This document shows positions 1 through 9,975 of a DNA stretch of 64,000 nucleotides, piece after piece. The DNA lies in NCBI GenBank assembly GCA_040755975.1, contig JBFLZY010000006.1, positions 10,078 through 74,077 of the forward strand, given 5' to 3'. The notes under the pieces are model-generated. The model did not search any database. It was not told the DNA's origin and saw only the letters and a list, made by a program, of their open reading frames with translations. Source of the DNA: Bacillota bacterium. Lineage in GTDB: Bacteria > Bacillota > Desulfotomaculia > Desulfotomaculales > Nap2-2B. Position 1 is the first letter of the stretch; each line of letters opens with the position of its first letter. Made by a program: the position numbers and the translations under genes.

Positions 1-207
1 CGGAATGGCCGCCAGGGGATCGCAGCCGAAACGGGAAAATAAAAAGATGGCAAAGTAGGCGGCCAGCATTAAAAAATCGCCGTGGGCCAGGTTTAAGATC
101 CGGACCACGCCGAAGGCCAGGGCCATCCCCGTCGCCGCCAGGGCGTACAGTCCCGATTTCAAAATGCCGTTGAGCAGCGCCTGTCCAAATAACAACCACT
201 CGCTCAC
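1..207 (-). CDS. Branched-chain amino acid ABC transporter permease (LivH-like), N-terminal fragment; gene runs off the window
   Basis: Reverse translation from GTG at 207 gives VSEWLLFGQALLNGILKSGLYALAATGMALAFGVVRILNLAHGDFLMLAAY, a typical LivH/BraD N-terminus; GTGA start/stop overlap with the upstream gene. Confidence 0.6.
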   Translation of the reverse strand, partial: MSEWLLFGQALLNGILKSGLYALAATGMALAFGVVRILNLAHGDFLMLAAYFAIFLFSRFGCDPLAAIP

Positions 208-1271
208 TGCTCCCGGCCGCCCTTCGCCCCGGAACCGGTTTCGGCCGCCTCCGCGCCCCACCGCAGGCAGGTCGCCGACCAGGTGTAGCCCGTGCCGGCG
301 CCGGCCAGGACGACCAGGTCCCCATCCTTCAGCAGTCCCCTTTGCTCGGCCTCGGCCAGGGCGATCAACTGGTCCCCGGATTGAATGTGCCCGTGGTTTT
401 TCAGGTAGACGGAACTCTCCGGGGGCAGGCCCAGCGCGCTTAAGATCGCCTGGTGAACGGAGGGCTTCATGTGCGTGATCCCCAAAAAGGCAATCTGGGC
501 CGGGGTATACCCGCTGCGCGTGCAGGCGCGGGTGATCACGTCGAGAAAATTGGGGAGGGAAACGGGATCCAGGTTGATTTTCATCTTCTCCGGATCGCGT
601 ACGTCTAAAAAATGCATCCGCTTCCGGATGGTTTCCTCCGTCGGCCGGATTTTCGAACCGCCGGCGGGCACGTAAACGTCCAGGCTGAAGCGGCCGTCGG
701 TGTAAATAGCCGAACCCAGGACCTGGTTTAAGCGGTGCCCCCGCCGGAGGACGCAGGCGGCGGCCCCGTCGCCGAAATTAAACATGAACCGGGACCGCTG
801 GTTTTGAAAATCGATCAGGTCCCCTTCCTTCGTCCCCATCACCAGCAGGACGGTTTGCAGTCCGGGGTCGGCCAGGAGCATGTCCTTGGCCACTTTTACG
901 GCCACGGCAAAGCTGGCGCAAAGGGACATGATTTCAAAGGAGAAGGCCCGGTGCGCCCCCAGGCGCTCCTGGATGTGGGCGGCGATGGACCAGACGGAAT
1001 AATCCTTGTATTCGCTGCCGAAATAGATCAGCACGTCGATTTCCCCCGGGCTTAGGCCGCCCAGTGCCCTGCGGGCCGCCTGGACGGCCATGTCCGAAAT
1101 ATGCTCGTCCGGACCGGCCCGGTGCTTTTTGGCGATTCCCATCTTTCCGGCCACAATCTCCGGGGGGATGCCCGCCCTTTCTCCGATTTCTTCCGCCGTT
1201 AAATAACTGTCCGGCAGGTAAATGCCGTAGCTGACCAGTCCGACCGGTTCGCGGGCCGGAGTAACGTTCAC
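204..1271 (-). CDS. 3-oxoacyl-ACP synthase III-like condensing enzyme (thiolase fold, FabH family)
   Basis: 355-aa ORF; N-terminus VGLVSYGIYLP, active-site-like Cys in IMSLCASFAVA, C-terminal GAGTGYTWSA; translationally coupled to the acyl-CoA ligase upstream. Confidence 0.7.
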   Translation of the reverse strand: MNVTPAREPVGLVSYGIYLPDSYLTAEEIGERAGIPPEIVAGKMGIAKKHRAGPDEHISDMAVQAARRALGGLSPGEIDVLIYFGSEYKDYSVWSIAAHIQERLGAHRAFSFEIMSLCASFAVAVKVAKDMLLADPGLQTVLLVMGTKEGDLIDFQNQRSRFMFNFGDGAAACVLRRGHRLNQVLGSAIYTDGRFSLDVYVPAGGSKIRPTEETIRKRMHFLDVRDPEKMKINLDPVSLPNFLDVITRACTRSGYTPAQIAFLGITHMKPSVHQAILSALGLPPESSVYLKNHGHIQSGDQLIALAEAEQRGLLKDGDLVVLAGAGTGYTWSATCLRWGAEAAETGSGAKGGREQ

Positions 1272-2839
1272 GATTGACCGCCTCCCCGGGCAAGCTCTTT
1301 CAGCTCTACCTTGACTACCTTCCCGACCGAGCTTTTCGGCAGACTGTCCAGGATTTCCACGTATTTAGGCACCTTGTACCCGGCCAGCTGCGTCCGGCAA
1401 TACCGGATAATTTCCTCCGGCGGCAGGCCCGGCTCTTGCAAAACCACAAAAGCCTTGCCCACTTCCCCCCACTTCGGATCGGGAACCCCCACCACGGCCG
1501 CTTCCCGGATCTGGGGATGGGTGACCAGCACAGCCTCGATTTCAGCAGGGTAGACGTTTTCGCCGCCGGAAATAAACATGTCTTTCTTGCGGTCCACGAT
1601 GTAAACAAACCCGTCTTCGTCGACCCGGCCCAGGTCGCCGGTATGTACCCACCCGTCGATCAGAGTTTCTGCGGTAGCCTTCTCGTTCCGCCAGTAGCCG
1701 GTAAAAATCTGCGGGCCGGCAAAACAGATCTCCCCCACCGCGCCGGCGGGCACGTCCTCCCCCCGGTCGTCCAGCAGGCGAATAGGCGTATAAAGAAAGG
1801 GCACGCCCACCGAAGCCCACTTTTTCCTGACCATGTCCATCTGTTCCCAGAGCATGGAAACGTTGTTCGGGCCGGCTTCGGTCAGACCGTAGCCCTTGAC
1901 GAAGGGTACGCCCTTGTCCCAGTATAGTTCCATGATCTCCTTCGGGCAAGGGGCGGCTCCCGCCATGGCCATGCGCAGGGAGGAAAAATCCGTCTTTGGA
2001 AAAGCGGGGGTTTCGGCGAACATCAAAAACATGGTCGCCGCCCCGAACAGCAGGGTGGTCCGTTCCCGCGCCACGGTGGCCAGCACCCATTCCGGATCGA
2101 AAAGCCGGTCGATGAAAATCCGGCCGCCCGCAGCCAGAATGGGCAGCGTCAAGAGGTGCCACCCGCCGGTATGGAAAAGGGGCAGGATAATGACGGCGGA
2201 ATCTTGATTAGTGATATTCCAGCTCAGCACTTCATTGACGATATTCACGAAAACCATCCGGTGGGGGATCATGGCGGCCTTGGGCAGGCCGGTGGTTCCC
2301 CCGGTGGACAGCAGCAGGTGGGTCTCCTCCCAGGAAAAGGGCTCCGCCTGCGGCGGCCGCTCACTGGCCGGCGCCAGAACCGCGGAATAATCCGGCGCCT
2401 CCGGCAAAGCCGGCGCGGCCGGTTTTGCCCCCTCCAGCCGGATTTTCGCCGGAAAGGGAAAGCGCAAAGAAGCCGCTTTTTCTTCCAGTTCCGCTTCAAA
2501 GAAAAGGGCTTTCGGCTCGATCCGGGCCAGCATCTCGTCCATTTCCGCCGCCGACAGGCGGATGTTCAGGGGGAAATCGATCACGTTCAACTTTTGGGTG
2601 GCAAAGAACAGGTCAAAACATTCGATCCGGTTGCGGGCTAAAACCGCCACCCGGTCGCCCGGGGCCAGGTTTAAGCCGTCCTTTAAATAGTTGGCCAGCC
2701 TGTTCGCCCGCCGGTTTAATTCCCCGTAAGTGAACCACCGGTCCGCCACCCGGTCGTAAACGGCCTGTTTCTCCGGGGTTAAAGCGGCGCGCCGGGCGGC
2801 CAGGTCGCTGATCCAGGACCACGTTAAGCCCATGAGCAT
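1268..2839 (-). CDS. AMP-dependent acyl-CoA synthetase/ligase
   Basis: 523-aa ORF with AMP-binding signature LLSTGGTTGLPKAAMIPH, GYGLTE, TGDLGRVDEDGFVYIVDRKKD and C-terminal GKVVK motifs. Confidence 0.85.
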   Translation of the reverse strand: MLMGLTWSWISDLAARRAALTPEKQAVYDRVADRWFTYGELNRRANRLANYLKDGLNLAPGDRVAVLARNRIECFDLFFATQKLNVIDFPLNIRLSAAEMDEMLARIEPKALFFEAELEEKAASLRFPFPAKIRLEGAKPAAPALPEAPDYSAVLAPASERPPQAEPFSWEETHLLLSTGGTTGLPKAAMIPHRMVFVNIVNEVLSWNITNQDSAVIILPLFHTGGWHLLTLPILAAGGRIFIDRLFDPEWVLATVARERTTLLFGAATMFLMFAETPAFPKTDFSSLRMAMAGAAPCPKEIMELYWDKGVPFVKGYGLTEAGPNNVSMLWEQMDMVRKKWASVGVPFLYTPIRLLDDRGEDVPAGAVGEICFAGPQIFTGYWRNEKATAETLIDGWVHTGDLGRVDEDGFVYIVDRKKDMFISGGENVYPAEIEAVLVTHPQIREAAVVGVPDPKWGEVGKAFVVLQEPGLPPEEIIRYCRTQLAGYKVPKYVEILDSLPKSSVGKVVKVELKELARGGGQS

Positions 2840-3013
2840 CCCTCCCCAATGTGTAATATGAATCAGTTGTCATGTTTATTCTCTAAAGAATTCCAAAATC
2901 CTTCTCGAAAAAAAATTTTTTCTAAAAAAATTTCTCTGGTAATTATCATAATATTAAAAACCGCTTTAAAAAAGGAATCTAACGGGAAGAAGGCGAAAAT
3001 ATAAAAAGAAGAG

Positions 3014-3679
3014 GTGAATCGGGTGTCAGTTTTAAACGGCAATGCCCTGGAAGGAGTTAATAAACCCAAGACTTCCCGCGGGGAAGCCACTTTCCGCAAG
3101 CTTTTGGAGGCGGCGGAAGAGGTTTTCGGGGAAAAGGGATATTACGAAACTTCGGTTGTCGATATCATCACCCGGGCCGGAGTGGCCCAGGGCACTTTTT
3201 ATCTTTACTTCAAAACCAAAAAAGACATTTTCCGGCATCTCGTCGTCCACCTGCACCACGAGATTCGAAAACACGTCCAGCTGGCCGTCGCCCCCTTAAA
3301 CGGCCGGCTGGCCAAAGAGAAACGCGGCTTGCTGGCCTTTCACGAATTCATTTTGCAGCATCGGAATTTATACCGCCTGTTGAGGGACCTGGAGCTGGTG
3401 GACGAAGAGCTGTTTAAATGGTACTACGGCAGCTTTGCCAAAAACTACGCCCGGCGGCTGGCCAAAGCCATGGAAAAAGGGGAGATCCGACGGTCCGATC
3501 CCGAGGCGCTGGCCTACTGCTTAATGGGGCTCAACGTTTTCACCGGCATGCGCTGGCCCCTCTGGGAGAACAAACCGGCGCCCGCCGGCGCCGTGGAAAC
3601 GATTTTCACCTTTTTAGAAAAGGGGTTGGGCAACCCCGGGGACGGCCCTGCCGGACCGCCGCCAAAAGAACCCCCGTAA
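3014..3679 (+). CDS. TetR/AcrR family transcriptional regulator
   Basis: N-terminal HTH region RKLLEAAEEVFGEKGYYETSVVDIITRAGVAQGTFYLYFKTKKDIF; divergent from the acyl-CoA ligase operon; the real start is probably GTG at 3023, after the RBS GAAGAGG. Confidence 0.85.
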   Translation: MNRVSVLNGNALEGVNKPKTSRGEATFRKLLEAAEEVFGEKGYYETSVVDIITRAGVAQGTFYLYFKTKKDIFRHLVVHLHHEIRKHVQLAVAPLNGRLAKEKRGLLAFHEFILQHRNLYRLLRDLELVDEELFKWYYGSFAKNYARRLAKAMEKGEIRRSDPEALAYCLMGLNVFTGMRWPLWENKPAPAGAVETIFTFLEKGLGNPGDGPAGPPPKEPP

Positions 3680-3809
3680 GTATATACTTCCTTTTGGGGA
3701 ATCACGAGTTCTTTTGCCGGCATAAAGCATCTTCACCTTCTGCTTGCTTGCTGATATTTTATCACGTTCAGGCGCAACAAGGCAATAATCGGCAAAAACA
3801 AAAGCCTAT

Positions 3810-4913
3810 TTAAATTTTTTTCGGGCGCCCCGGAGAAATCTTTTGGAGACACCGAATAAACCATTTTTTCCCCGGCGCCGCCAGCAGGGCAAAAAGCAAA
3901 ACCAGTCCGGCATAGCCGAAAAGAGGGTACAGAATCTTCACTAAAAGGCTGAAGTCCAGCCCGGCGAAGGGAATGGCGGCCAAAGTAACACTTACGCCGA
4001 TTATTTTGTACCGCCGGCCTCCCTCAGGCGCAAGGCGGCTGGCCAGGCCGTGGGCGTCGGCGATGGCCGTGGTCAGGATGGCCACCCAGATGAGCAGCCC
4101 CAAAAACGATTGCAGGACAAAGCCCAGGTGACGGGCGATAAACAAAAGAGGGATCTCGTAGTTGCCGATCTCCGGGTAAAAAGCCAGTCCCGCCAGGGTA
4201 ATCAGCCCGGCGGTCGCCCCCAGCACCAGGCCCCCCAACGCTCCCCCCGCAATGCCCACGGAGGCCGGTACGACCCTGCCCAGCGAAGAAAGGACGGCTA
4301 CGGGGACAATGATATTGTATGAGACGTAAAGAATAGCCGCCCATTCCCAGGTACCGGCCGCCTTTTGCCCGGGCAAAGGGGCCGGGAATTCCCGGGCAAG
4401 CCCGCCTTCGTGAAAAAACCCGGATAAACACACCAGCGCCAGCGCGCAAATTTTCACCGGCACAAGAATCAAGTTGGCCGTCAGCACCCCCGGCAGCCCG
4501 CCCAGGATCACCAGACTGGTAACGGCGGCCGCCAAAACCGTCCCCAGCAAATGGGGCAGCCCGAGCTGCTGCGCAAAGACCGCCCCGCTCCCGGCCAGCA
4601 TTACCACCAGGCCGCCCGGCAACATGAGCAAATTTAAGAAATCCATCACTTTCCCCAATTTCTTCCCGAGCAGGTAGTCCAACATCACGTCGTAACTGGC
4701 CATGCTCAAACCGGTGGCCAGGGCCATAATCACCACGCCCAGGTAAACGAACAAACCGGTGGCCAGCAGCACCCCCCAAAGGCCGCCTTGACCGAAAACG
4801 ATAAAAAACTGCATGATTTCCTGGCCGGAAGCAAAACCGGCGCCGATAATTGTTCCCGCGTACAGGGTAACCACTTTGAACAGCAGAACAAGGTTTGCTT
4901 TCGGCAAGGACAT
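3810..4913 (-). CDS. YkvI-family polytopic membrane protein (transporter-like)
   Basis: Highly hydrophobic ORF with GAGFASGQEIMQFF motif near the N-terminus; start set at ATG 4913 preceded by AGGAGG. Confidence 0.55.
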   Translation of the reverse strand: MSLPKANLVLLFKVVTLYAGTIIGAGFASGQEIMQFFIVFGQGGLWGVLLATGLFVYLGVVIMALATGLSMASYDVMLDYLLGKKLGKVMDFLNLLMLPGGLVVMLAGSGAVFAQQLGLPHLLGTVLAAAVTSLVILGGLPGVLTANLILVPVKICALALVCLSGFFHEGGLAREFPAPLPGQKAAGTWEWAAILYVSYNIIVPVAVLSSLGRVVPASVGIAGGALGGLVLGATAGLITLAGLAFYPEIGNYEIPLLFIARHLGFVLQSFLGLLIWVAILTTAIADAHGLASRLAPEGGRRYKIIGVSVTLAAIPFAGLDFSLLVKILYPLFGYAGLVLLFALLAAPGKKWFIRCLQKISPGRPKKI

Positions 4914-5009
4914 CCCCCCTCCTAAATATTTATGCAACTCCCGGTTGGAATAATTGGAGGGCGGTCTGGAAATAAATATATAATAGTTGCGGAACGAAGG
5001 AGGAAAGGC

Positions 5010-5624
5010 ATGTCCAAAACGGAATTGAAGGAAGTTAACGCGGAAACCCGGCGCACCAAAATCAATATCGAGGACCCGCTGGCGGCGGTAAAATTCGGCT
5101 GGGATCTGGCCAGCCGTTTAAATAAAAACGGCTTTGCCCCTGATTGCCCGAAAATACTGCTTTGTATCGGCACAGATCGCTCCACCGGCGACTGCCTGGG
5201 GCCCCTGGTAGGCAGCAAACTTTCCGCCCTGGGCCAGGACTTCTTTCACGTCTACGGTACGCTGGAGCATCCTGTGCACGCCAGCAACTTAAAACAAAAA
5301 CTGGAAGAAATTTATCGCTGCTACGAAAACCCGCTGATTATCGCGGTGGACGCCTGCCTGGGCAGCCTGGAAAACGTCGGCTGCGTCAACATCGGCGACG
5401 GCTCTCTCCAGCCGGGCGCGGGGGTAAATAAAAACCTGCCTCCCGTAGGCCAGATCCACATCACCGGCATTGTAAACGTGGGCGGATTTATGGAATACCT
5501 GGTCCTGCAAAACACCCGGCTAAACCTGGTTATGCGGATGGCCGATCTGATCGTGGAGGGTCTGCTGAACGCCATCGGGTACTGCACCCAGGAAGAGATT
5601 CCCGAAAAGGTAGCGATTAATTAA
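5010..5624 (+). CDS. yyaC: Sporulation protein YyaC (putative spore protease family)
   Basis: LLCIGTDRSTGDCLGPLVGSKL motif characteristic of YyaC; start at ATG 5010 after AGGAGG. Confidence 0.75.
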   Translation: MSKTELKEVNAETRRTKINIEDPLAAVKFGWDLASRLNKNGFAPDCPKILLCIGTDRSTGDCLGPLVGSKLSALGQDFFHVYGTLEHPVHASNLKQKLEEIYRCYENPLIIAVDACLGSLENVGCVNIGDGSLQPGAGVNKNLPPVGQIHITGIVNVGGFMEYLVLQNTRLNLVMRMADLIVEGLLNAIGYCTQEEIPEKVAIN

Positions 5625-5640
5625 AAATTGTCCTTAAAAA

Positions 5641-5677
5641 AGGCCATAAAGCTTTCCCTTTATGGCCTTTGCGTTTT
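5641..5677. terminator. Bidirectional intrinsic terminator between yyaC and ykuS
   Basis: Perfect 11-bp stem AGGCCATAAAG / CTTTATGGCCT flanked by an A-run upstream and a T-rich run downstream. Confidence 0.7.
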
Positions 5678-5711
5678 GATTTTCTATTTACGTTCCCCGG
5701 GCTAACCTTCC

Positions 5712-5942
5712 CTACCTGTATTGACGCAGGCTGGCCAGGATTTCTTCCGGCGTTTTCCCGGCAGCGTCAATTACCGGGACCTTTGTACTGATATCCTGCA
5801 TATTCAGCACGTTATTATCCAGCCCGGTGACCACAACCGCGTCGGCGCCCCTCTGCCGGGACAGGCTGACCACTGCATAGCCGTTCTTTTCTAAAAGGTC
5901 GCGAACACCAGTTAAACTATCTTCCACGGCGATTGTTCTCAT
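5712..5942 (-). CDS. ykuS: UPF0180 family protein YkuS
   Basis: 76-aa ORF MRTIAVEDSLTGVRDLLEKNGYAVVSL...VVVTG, matching the YkuS family pattern. Confidence 0.65.
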   Translation of the reverse strand: MRTIAVEDSLTGVRDLLEKNGYAVVSLSRQRGADAVVVTGLDNNVLNMQDISTKVPVIDAAGKTPEEILASLRQYR

Positions 5943-6044
5943 GGCTGCTTACCTCCCCAGGGATCCTTAAACGTATTATTAGTATTCGGCGTGCAGGCGT
6001 TTTTTATGCCCGGCGAAAGGAGAAAGCATCCCCGGATTTTTTCC

Positions 6045-6716
6045 TTAGCCGCCAACCGCACCGGAGAGTTCCCGGAGCAGTTCAATCACCTCTTCGTCGG
6101 TAGTCTGCGCGAAATCTACGTAAAACTGTCCCACGGCATAAAAATTTTCCGGGGTATAGAGACAGATCACCCGGTCAACCTCGGCCGCCAGCATCGCCAG
6201 TGTATCGGAAGGAGCCACCGGAATGGCTAAAATTATTTCTTTGGGGGAAAACATGTTTTTAAGGGAACGAATGGCTGCTAAAACGGTATAGCCCGTCGCC
6301 ACGCCGTCATCCACGAGAATAATCCTTTTTCCCCCGTAGGGTGGATAATCTTCCCTGCCCCGGTATTTTTTCATCCGCCGGCGGATTTCCTTTACCTGCT
6401 GGTCGACTTTTTCCTGCAAATCTTTTTCCCTTAACCCCAAAATCTCCAGTAGATGCCGGTCAAAGAAGGTCGTCCCGTCCTGGGCCACCGCCCCGATCGC
6501 CGCTTCCGGGTTATGAGGGGCGCCAATCTTACGGGGAATAATCAAATCCAGGGGCAACCCCAGTTCCCTGGCTACCTGCGCCCCCACCACCACGCCGCCC
6601 CGGGGAACGGCCAGGACAACGCCGTCCCGGTAGGATTCGGGCTTTTTCTTAAGCGCTTCGGCCAGCCGCTTACCGGCATCCACGCGATCCCGGAAAAACA
6701 CTTTGCCCACCCCCAA
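6045..6716 (-). CDS. Phosphoribosyltransferase family protein
   Basis: VLAVPRGGVVVG and PRPP-binding loop RIILVDDGVATGYT. Confidence 0.75.
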   Translation of the reverse strand: MGVGKVFFRDRVDAGKRLAEALKKKPESYRDGVVLAVPRGGVVVGAQVARELGLPLDLIIPRKIGAPHNPEAAIGAVAQDGTTFFDRHLLEILGLREKDLQEKVDQQVKEIRRRMKKYRGREDYPPYGGKRIILVDDGVATGYTVLAAIRSLKNMFSPKEIILAIPVAPSDTLAMLAAEVDRVICLYTPENFYAVGQFYVDFAQTTDEEVIELLRELSGAVGG

Positions 6717-6722
6717 ATTCCT

Positions 6723-7877
6723 CTATCTAGACCCGGCACCGTCTACCAGCGAGGCAATCAGCCGGGCAGTATGGCGGGCCGCCAGGGGCTTCCCCAGCCG
6801 CCTGGCCTTATCCGCCATCTTTTGCAAGCGCTCCGGCCCGCGCAAGCAATCTTCGATTTTCTGGACCAGTTCGCGCACGTTATTTACCTGCACGGCCGCT
6901 CCCTGACCCGTTAAAAACTCGGCGTTGCGAACCTCCTGCCCCGGCAGGGGATCAACGATAAAAATAGGCAAACCCCTGGCCAGGGCCTCGGCGCAGGTTA
7001 ACCCCCCCGCCTTGCCGACCATAAAATCGGAAGCGGCCATCAACTCGTGGATATTATCCACAAAACCCAGAACTTTTACGGGGTTCCGCAAACTGGCCAG
7101 CATCCGCTCCAGCTTTGCCTTTAAAGAATTATTATTCCCGGTGACGACAATCATTTGCAGGCTCCAGGGGCTGTTTCCCAAAGCTTTTACGATATCGGCC
7201 AGCGGTCCCATGCCCAGGCCGCCGCCGATAATCAGGGCGGTGGGCAGGTCCGGATCTAAGCCCAGCCGGTTCTGCACGGCGCGCCGCTCCACTGGACGGG
7301 CGAAACAGGAATTGATGGGTATGCCGACGGCGTGCACCCGGCCCGGGTCAATTCCGTATCCCCGAAAAGAGCTTTGCAGTTCCGGCGCGGCCACCGTAAA
7401 CAAGTCCACCCTGGAAAAAACCCAAAAAGGATGCACGGTAAAATCGGTAAGCGTTGCCGCCACGGGAGAGGAAAAGTGTCCCCGCTGCTTTAAGTTGTCC
7501 AGAATCCCCACCGGAAAAGGATGGGTGCATACAACGGCCTGCGGCCGGAAATCATCCAAAAGGCGAATCAGTTTCGGCGCCGCCAGCCTGTTTAAAAGCC
7601 GGTTAAATTCTTCCTTTCCCGCTTCGGAAAGGGGTTGCCCTTTTTCGGCGAGATGGTATAAATACCCATATACAATGGGTGTTATCTTGAGCATCTCGAT
7701 ATAGGTGCCGAAAAGAACTTTATCCAGAAAAGGATTGATATAACGAAAAGTATCCAGGATCGCTACCTCTGCATCCGGCTTCATTTCATGCAAGGCTTTT
7801 TTAATCGCCAGCGCAGCCTGGAGGTGACCCATCCCTGCCGATACGGACAAAATCAGGACTCTTTGCAATTCTGTCAT
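6723..7877 (-). CDS. MGDG-synthase / UgtP-like diacylglycerol glycosyltransferase (GT28)
   Basis: N-terminal ILSVSAGMGHLQAA, C-terminal GKAGGLTCAEALARGLPIFIVDPLPGQEVRNAEFL; start at ATG 7877 after AAAGAGGG. Confidence 0.7.
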   Translation of the reverse strand: MTELQRVLILSVSAGMGHLQAALAIKKALHEMKPDAEVAILDTFRYINPFLDKVLFGTYIEMLKITPIVYGYLYHLAEKGQPLSEAGKEEFNRLLNRLAAPKLIRLLDDFRPQAVVCTHPFPVGILDNLKQRGHFSSPVAATLTDFTVHPFWVFSRVDLFTVAAPELQSSFRGYGIDPGRVHAVGIPINSCFARPVERRAVQNRLGLDPDLPTALIIGGGLGMGPLADIVKALGNSPWSLQMIVVTGNNNSLKAKLERMLASLRNPVKVLGFVDNIHELMAASDFMVGKAGGLTCAEALARGLPIFIVDPLPGQEVRNAEFLTGQGAAVQVNNVRELVQKIEDCLRGPERLQKMADKARRLGKPLAARHTARLIASLVDGAGSR

Positions 7878-7914
7878 AACGACCCTCTTTACCTTCTGAC
7901 GCCTCTTGCAATAA

Positions 7915-9621
7915 TTAAACCTCGCCAATAATTTTCTTTACATAAGCTACTATATTATCCACCGGCACAAAAGTTGTTTCGCCGGTGGCGCGCCGGCGCA
8001 CCTCCACCTCGCCGCTTTGAACGGCTTTATTGCCGACGGTTATGCGCAGGGGGTAGCCGATCAGGTCGGCGTCTTTAAACTTTACCCCCGGCCGCTCCGG
8101 ACGGTCGTCCAGAACAACTTCGACGCCCGCCCCCGCCAGCAGCTCATAAACCTGGTTGGCCATCGTCATTTGCTTTTCGTCCCGGTCGCTCACCGGCACC
8201 ACCACCACGTGGAAGGGGGCAATCGCCAAAGGCCAGACAATGCCGTTTTCATCGTGGTTTTGCTCAACGGCGGCGGCCATTGTCCGGGTGATCCCGATTC
8301 CGTAGCAACCCATAATCATCGGCCGGGGCTGCCCGTTTTCGTCCAGGAAAGTGGCTCCCAGGGCCTTGCTGTATTTATCCCCCAGCTTAAAAATCTGCCC
8401 CACTTCGATCCCCTGCGTTTCGGACAGTGGGCGGGCGCACCCGGGACAGGGATCCCCCGCTCTGACCAGGCGCAAATCAGCTACCATGTCGGGTTTAAAA
8501 TCACGCCCCGGGTTGACGTTCAGAAAATGTGTATCGTCCTTGTTTGCGCCGGTTACGGCATTAACCATCTGCATCACTTCCAGGTCGGCGGCGATCTTCA
8601 CTCCCGGCAAACCAACCGGGCCGGCATACCCCGGCGCGGCGCCGCTGATCCTGGCGACCGCCGGCGGGTCCGCCAGCTCGCACCGGAGCACGGCCAGCTC
8701 CTTTTGGAGCTTAACTTCGTTGATATCCCGGTCCCCGCGCACCAGAGCCGCCACGAAGCCCTGCTCCGTTTCAAAAAGAAGGGTTTTAATCAGGCGTTTG
8801 GCGTCCATTCCCAAAAAGGAGGTTACTTCGGCGACGGTGCGCCGGCCCGGAGTGGCCACTTCCCGCAGGGGGGCCGGCTCCTCGTTCGTCACCACCTGCC
8901 CGGAAGGAGAGGAGGCTCTCTCCACATTCGCCGCGTAATCGCAGTGGGGGCAAAAAACTACCGTTGATTCGCCCGCCGCGGCGAAAACGATAAATTCGTG
9001 CGTGTCCCTCCCCCCGATCGCCCCGGAATCGGCCTCCACCGGCCGAAAACGCAGGCCGCAGCGCTCAAAAACCCTGGTGTAGGCCGTGAACATCTTTTGG
9101 TAGCTGATCTCCAGCCCCTCGTGATCCCGGTCAAAGGAGTACAAATCTTTCATGATAAATTCCCGCCCGCGCAGCAAGCCGAAACGGGGCCGGCGCTCGT
9201 CCCGGTACTTGTTCTGGATCTGGTAGAGCAATAAAGGCAGTTGCCGGTACGATTTCACTTCGTTGCGCACCAGGTCGGTGATAATTTCCTCGTGGGTGGG
9301 GCCCAGGCAAAAGTCCCGCCCGTGGCGGTCTTTTAAACGAAACAGCTCCGGGCCGTATACATCCCACCGGCCGGATTCCTGCCACAATTCCGCCGGCTGG
9401 ATGATCGGCATCACCAGTTCCTGACCGCCCTGCCTGTCCATCTCTTCGCGGACGATCGTTTCGATCTTTTTGACGACCCGGAAAGCCAGGGGCAATAAAT
9501 TATATACTCCCGCCGCCGCTTTGCGGATGAAGCCCGCCCGCACCAGGAGCTGGTGGCTGACCACCTCCGCATCGGCGGGAACTTCCCGGAGCGTGGGAAT
9601 AAGCAATTGGGACGCCCGCAT
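7915..9621 (-). CDS. proS: Proline--tRNA ligase (bacterial type with editing domain)
   Basis: [34 protein letters not shown]... class II aaRS motifs; ATG at 9621 preceded by GAGGAGGA. Confidence 0.95.
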   Translation of the reverse strand: MRASQLLIPTLREVPADAEVVSHQLLVRAGFIRKAAAGVYNLLPLAFRVVKKIETIVREEMDRQGGQELVMPIIQPAELWQESGRWDVYGPELFRLKDRHGRDFCLGPTHEEIITDLVRNEVKSYRQLPLLLYQIQNKYRDERRPRFGLLRGREFIMKDLYSFDRDHEGLEISYQKMFTAYTRVFERCGLRFRPVEADSGAIGGRDTHEFIVFAAAGESTVVFCPHCDYAANVERASSPSGQVVTNEEPAPLREVATPGRRTVAEVTSFLGMDAKRLIKTLLFETEQGFVAALVRGDRDINEVKLQKELAVLRCELADPPAVARISGAAPGYAGPVGLPGVKIAADLEVMQMVNAVTGANKDDTHFLNVNPGRDFKPDMVADLRLVRAGDPCPGCARPLSETQGIEVGQIFKLGDKYSKALGATFLDENGQPRPMIMGCYGIGITRTMAAAVEQNHDENGIVWPLAIAPFHVVVVPVSDRDEKQMTMANQVYELLAGAGVEVVLDDRPERPGVKFKDADLIGYPLRITVGNKAVQSGEVEVRRRATGETTFVPVDNIVAYVKKIIGEV

Positions 9622-9639
9622 TACACCGGTTCCTCCTCT

Positions 9640-9955
9640 TTCGAAAATAGATCCCGTCTTGCCGTCCGTTTGCCGTCGCTCCGATGCTACGGGCCGACGA
9701 GACAGCGGCTTGGTTCGGAGCGAACCGTAGCAGCGCTGCAAAATGCGCGCGGAACATTACTTTTTTATTCTTCTGGCGCCAGGCAGCGATTACTGTTTAC
9801 TCTTTGCATAGTCGTATTGGCGCGTTTCGCGCTGCCGGTTCGCTTACCTCACCTACGCCGTGTCTCGTTACCGGCCCTTCGCATATGTCGCTCCCGGCAA
9901 ATCGGACGGCAAGCCGTTGGTTTTTCGTTCTTTATGTATGGAAACGTACGCTCCC
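9640..9955 (-). repeat. Copy A of a ~250-nt rod-like hairpin element (paralog at 31200-31535), located in the proS 5' leader
   Basis: About 90% identity of both arms to 31244-31499; closing stem 9661-9675 pairs with 9893-9910; the central ~70 nt are more diverged. Confidence 0.65.
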
Positions 9956-9975
9956 ATGGGCAACTCCCTTGAAAA

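Noticed and set aside
2840-3013. A/T-run palindrome GAAAAAAAATTTTTTC and TAATTATCATAATATTA as TetR operators
   Set aside because: These are low-complexity AT palindromes in a divergent promoter region and are expected by chance. Without comparative data I cannot tell them apart from ordinary promoter DNA.
9661-9910. Hairpin element as SRP (scRNA) or 6S RNA
   Set aside because: The rod-like shape is reminiscent of both, but the SRP domain IV consensus (GGAA tetraloop with AGCAGC-type symmetric loop) is absent. The element is present twice with divergent apical parts, and at about 250 nt it is longer than typical 6S RNA. I made no positive assignment.
9622-9975. Expected T-box riboswitch upstream of proS
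   Set aside because: No T-box core (GGGTGGTACCGCG-like) and no specifier-loop/antiterminator arrangement could be found on the minus strand. The region is explained instead by the hairpin repeat shared with 31200-31535.
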